From NCBI GenBank assembly GCA_002269645.1, contig NIVC01002417.1, forward strand, positions 112,905-176,904: a stretch of DNA of 64,000 nucleotides, given 5' to 3'. A model generated the notes under the pieces. The model had not been told where the DNA came from and ran no database searches. It saw nothing but the letters and a program-made list of their open reading frames with translations. The translations under genes were made by a program, and so were the position numbers. Below, piece by piece: positions 61,291 through 64,000 of the stretch; position 1 is the first letter of the stretch; each line of letters begins with the position of its first letter. This DNA is from Macrostomum lignano. Lineage: Eukaryota.

Positions 61291-63349
61291 ATTGGTAGTT
61301 TCATATTTAGCGTGAATATAATGCAAAATAATAATTCTCAAAATAGCCGCTGATTTAACGATATATTTTATTAATTTATCTGCGAGAAAGTTTTGAACTC
61401 TAAAGTCCAGATTCCAGAAGCAACACACTTCCACATACGTAGTCGGACTTTTTCACTTAATCATATTTGATCACCTCGCTTGTTGCTGCTTTTCGCAGTT
61501 TGTTTTAAATAATTAATGAAACTTTTCGTTGAGGAAAAATCATCAACTGCACTTTTAAATATAGCCTAAGACTACTCATTCCGTGCGTTTCTAAGAATAG
61601 TTATGTAGTCTTTAGCCCCGTATCTGGCTATTTTTATTATTATTTTTAAAAGTTACTTCACTACTCTGCAGTAGTATGTTCATTGTGTCAAGTGTAATAT
61701 TATCTAATTTTTACAGTGTTTTTTTTCAATCCAACATTTTGATCATTAAGTGCTAATTAGTGAAATTTGTTAATAAAAAGGCTGTGTTTTACGACAAAAT
61801 CGTATCTATTCCACACGCGTTATCTCTATTGCCCGTCAATTAGTTCAGCCTTCACATAATATTCATAAATATTTTAATAGTTATGTTTGCAATCACTTTT
61901 ATATATTTTATTATTTTACTGACCGTCATTGCCACAAACTCTGTTTTTTCTGTCTCTGTGCTCAATTCGCCTGGAAATTGCACGGATAAACATGCACTCC
62001 GCATATACTACTTACGATTACCAATTTGTCAGCTTTGTGTAGAACTAATTTTCGGCTTTATTTAAAATGCTGTTTTCTGGTTTTGATTTTCGATAACACA
62101 ACTATGGCACAAACAACAAGATCGTCTGATTTTTGAGTCTTTGTCCTGCTGTTAAACTGTATTTTAAATTTAGTTTATTGAAAAATTGCTTATTTTGTAC
62201 ATGTGTTTATAGTTTTCTGTCCTTTGTGTGTTTTTCGCATAAAATAACCCAGTATTTTCTTTATAAATACCACATATTATTAAAATATATAGCAGTACTA
62301 TAAAGCTTGTTTCCAGTTGTGCACCTCCAAGCACTGCTGCCGCTAACGGGACCACGTATTGCATTGAACAATGTGACCTTACATGTAATCCCTTCACCCT
62401 GTACCTGATTCTCACGCTCTTAAAAAACTCTTTTATATGCATAGAAATTGCTTACTCTAACCAATAATGATCATTAATAAATAATACTAGAACCCGCATA
62501 TACTACTTGCGCTTCGCATAAAAACCACTAGCGTATTATTAAAAACGGTTGGCCTATTTAAGAGGCAAATCGTTCAATTACTGGTGATAATTTTTCTTAG
62601 TAGCTTATCTATTAGCGTATAATGGCTGCACAATTTAACCAGTGTAAAATTTTATTGCTTAATTATTTACGCGCACAATGATTAACTCGAAATTGTTCCA
62701 ATTAACTGTTTGTTCAATCGTTCGCTTTGCTGGGCGATTAAAATATAAAAATTTCTCTACTGCCTGGCCGTATTTATAGCGTCGCCATAATTTTTGTTTC
62801 TGATTTTGTCTTAGTAGCTTATCGTGTACAGAGCAGGCCATTGTGAACCTCGTTTAACGATTAATTGGTAAAGCATCGCTTTGCTTACTACTTTATTTAT
62901 TTTAAATTTAATTGCAACGGGAAGTAGTACGTATAGTAGTGAGTAGTAGTGAAAAGAAAATTTATTTAAAAGGCTGGTAATCTGATAGCAAATTCTAAAT
63001 TATAAGTCGTAATGTAACACATTACAAAATTATACTTAAAGTACAATAGAATCCGGGACTACTACTAATTATAGTGTCCTTTATATATAGCGAGTGGTCT
63101 TATAATTTGAGTAGAACTGGAAGTAAAACTAGGCCGATGAGCCCGTAAAGCATCTTAGTTTCGTAGTGGAAAACTAGTAGTACATGTACACACCCGGAGT
63201 CCACTTATGCTTGTGGTTTTATAATCTCTTTTACACTGGATATAATTAGCTAGGCGATTGTTTTTACCAGAGTTGTGATATGATATGAGTTGCCACTGAA
63301 CGCAATATCTATTCCTGTCATTCTAGCGCTGTATGTTAAATTTACCACG

Positions 63350-64000
<651 letters not shown>

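Noticed and set aside
62486-63180. Possible Helitron bounded by TACTAG...CTAGT
   Set aside because: No convincing 3' hairpin and no second copy in the window.

Overview
Eukaryotic (metazoan) genomic DNA. GC-rich exons, poly-Gln tracts and satellite-filled introns suggest a free-living flatworm such as Macrostomum lignano; this is an inference and is not provable from the window. All host coding units are on the + strand, in this order: 3' part of a p190-type RhoGAP (257-4670); a 3-exon DEG/ENaC channel (8335-11332); an atypical Ras-like GTPase (13229-14560); an ankyrin-repeat unit (15023-17090) that can splice in frame into a caspase (17503-23328); the first exon of a Rab-like GTPase (24763-25017); and afadin/canoe (43527-60409). 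The caspase exon carrying the catalytic Cys is split by a 1771-bp foldback-type transposon with 630-bp TIRs. 25-43 kb is a transposon graveyard with nested insertions, several with intact TSDs (MULE > hAT > MULE-MITE; mariner > P/hAT-type; Helentron-like > CCC/GGG MITE). Almost every long intron holds its own tandem array, which accounts for most of the long low-complexity ORFs in the track. Best candidates for novelty: the ankyrin-caspase (or GTPase-Ank-caspase operon-like) unit, the transposon that may be spliced out of the caspase as a new intron, a Cys-poor DEG/ENaC, and the one-intron-one-satellite pattern. All exon structures were derived by hand from GT/AG signals, phase compatibility and remembered family motifs; no database search was run.
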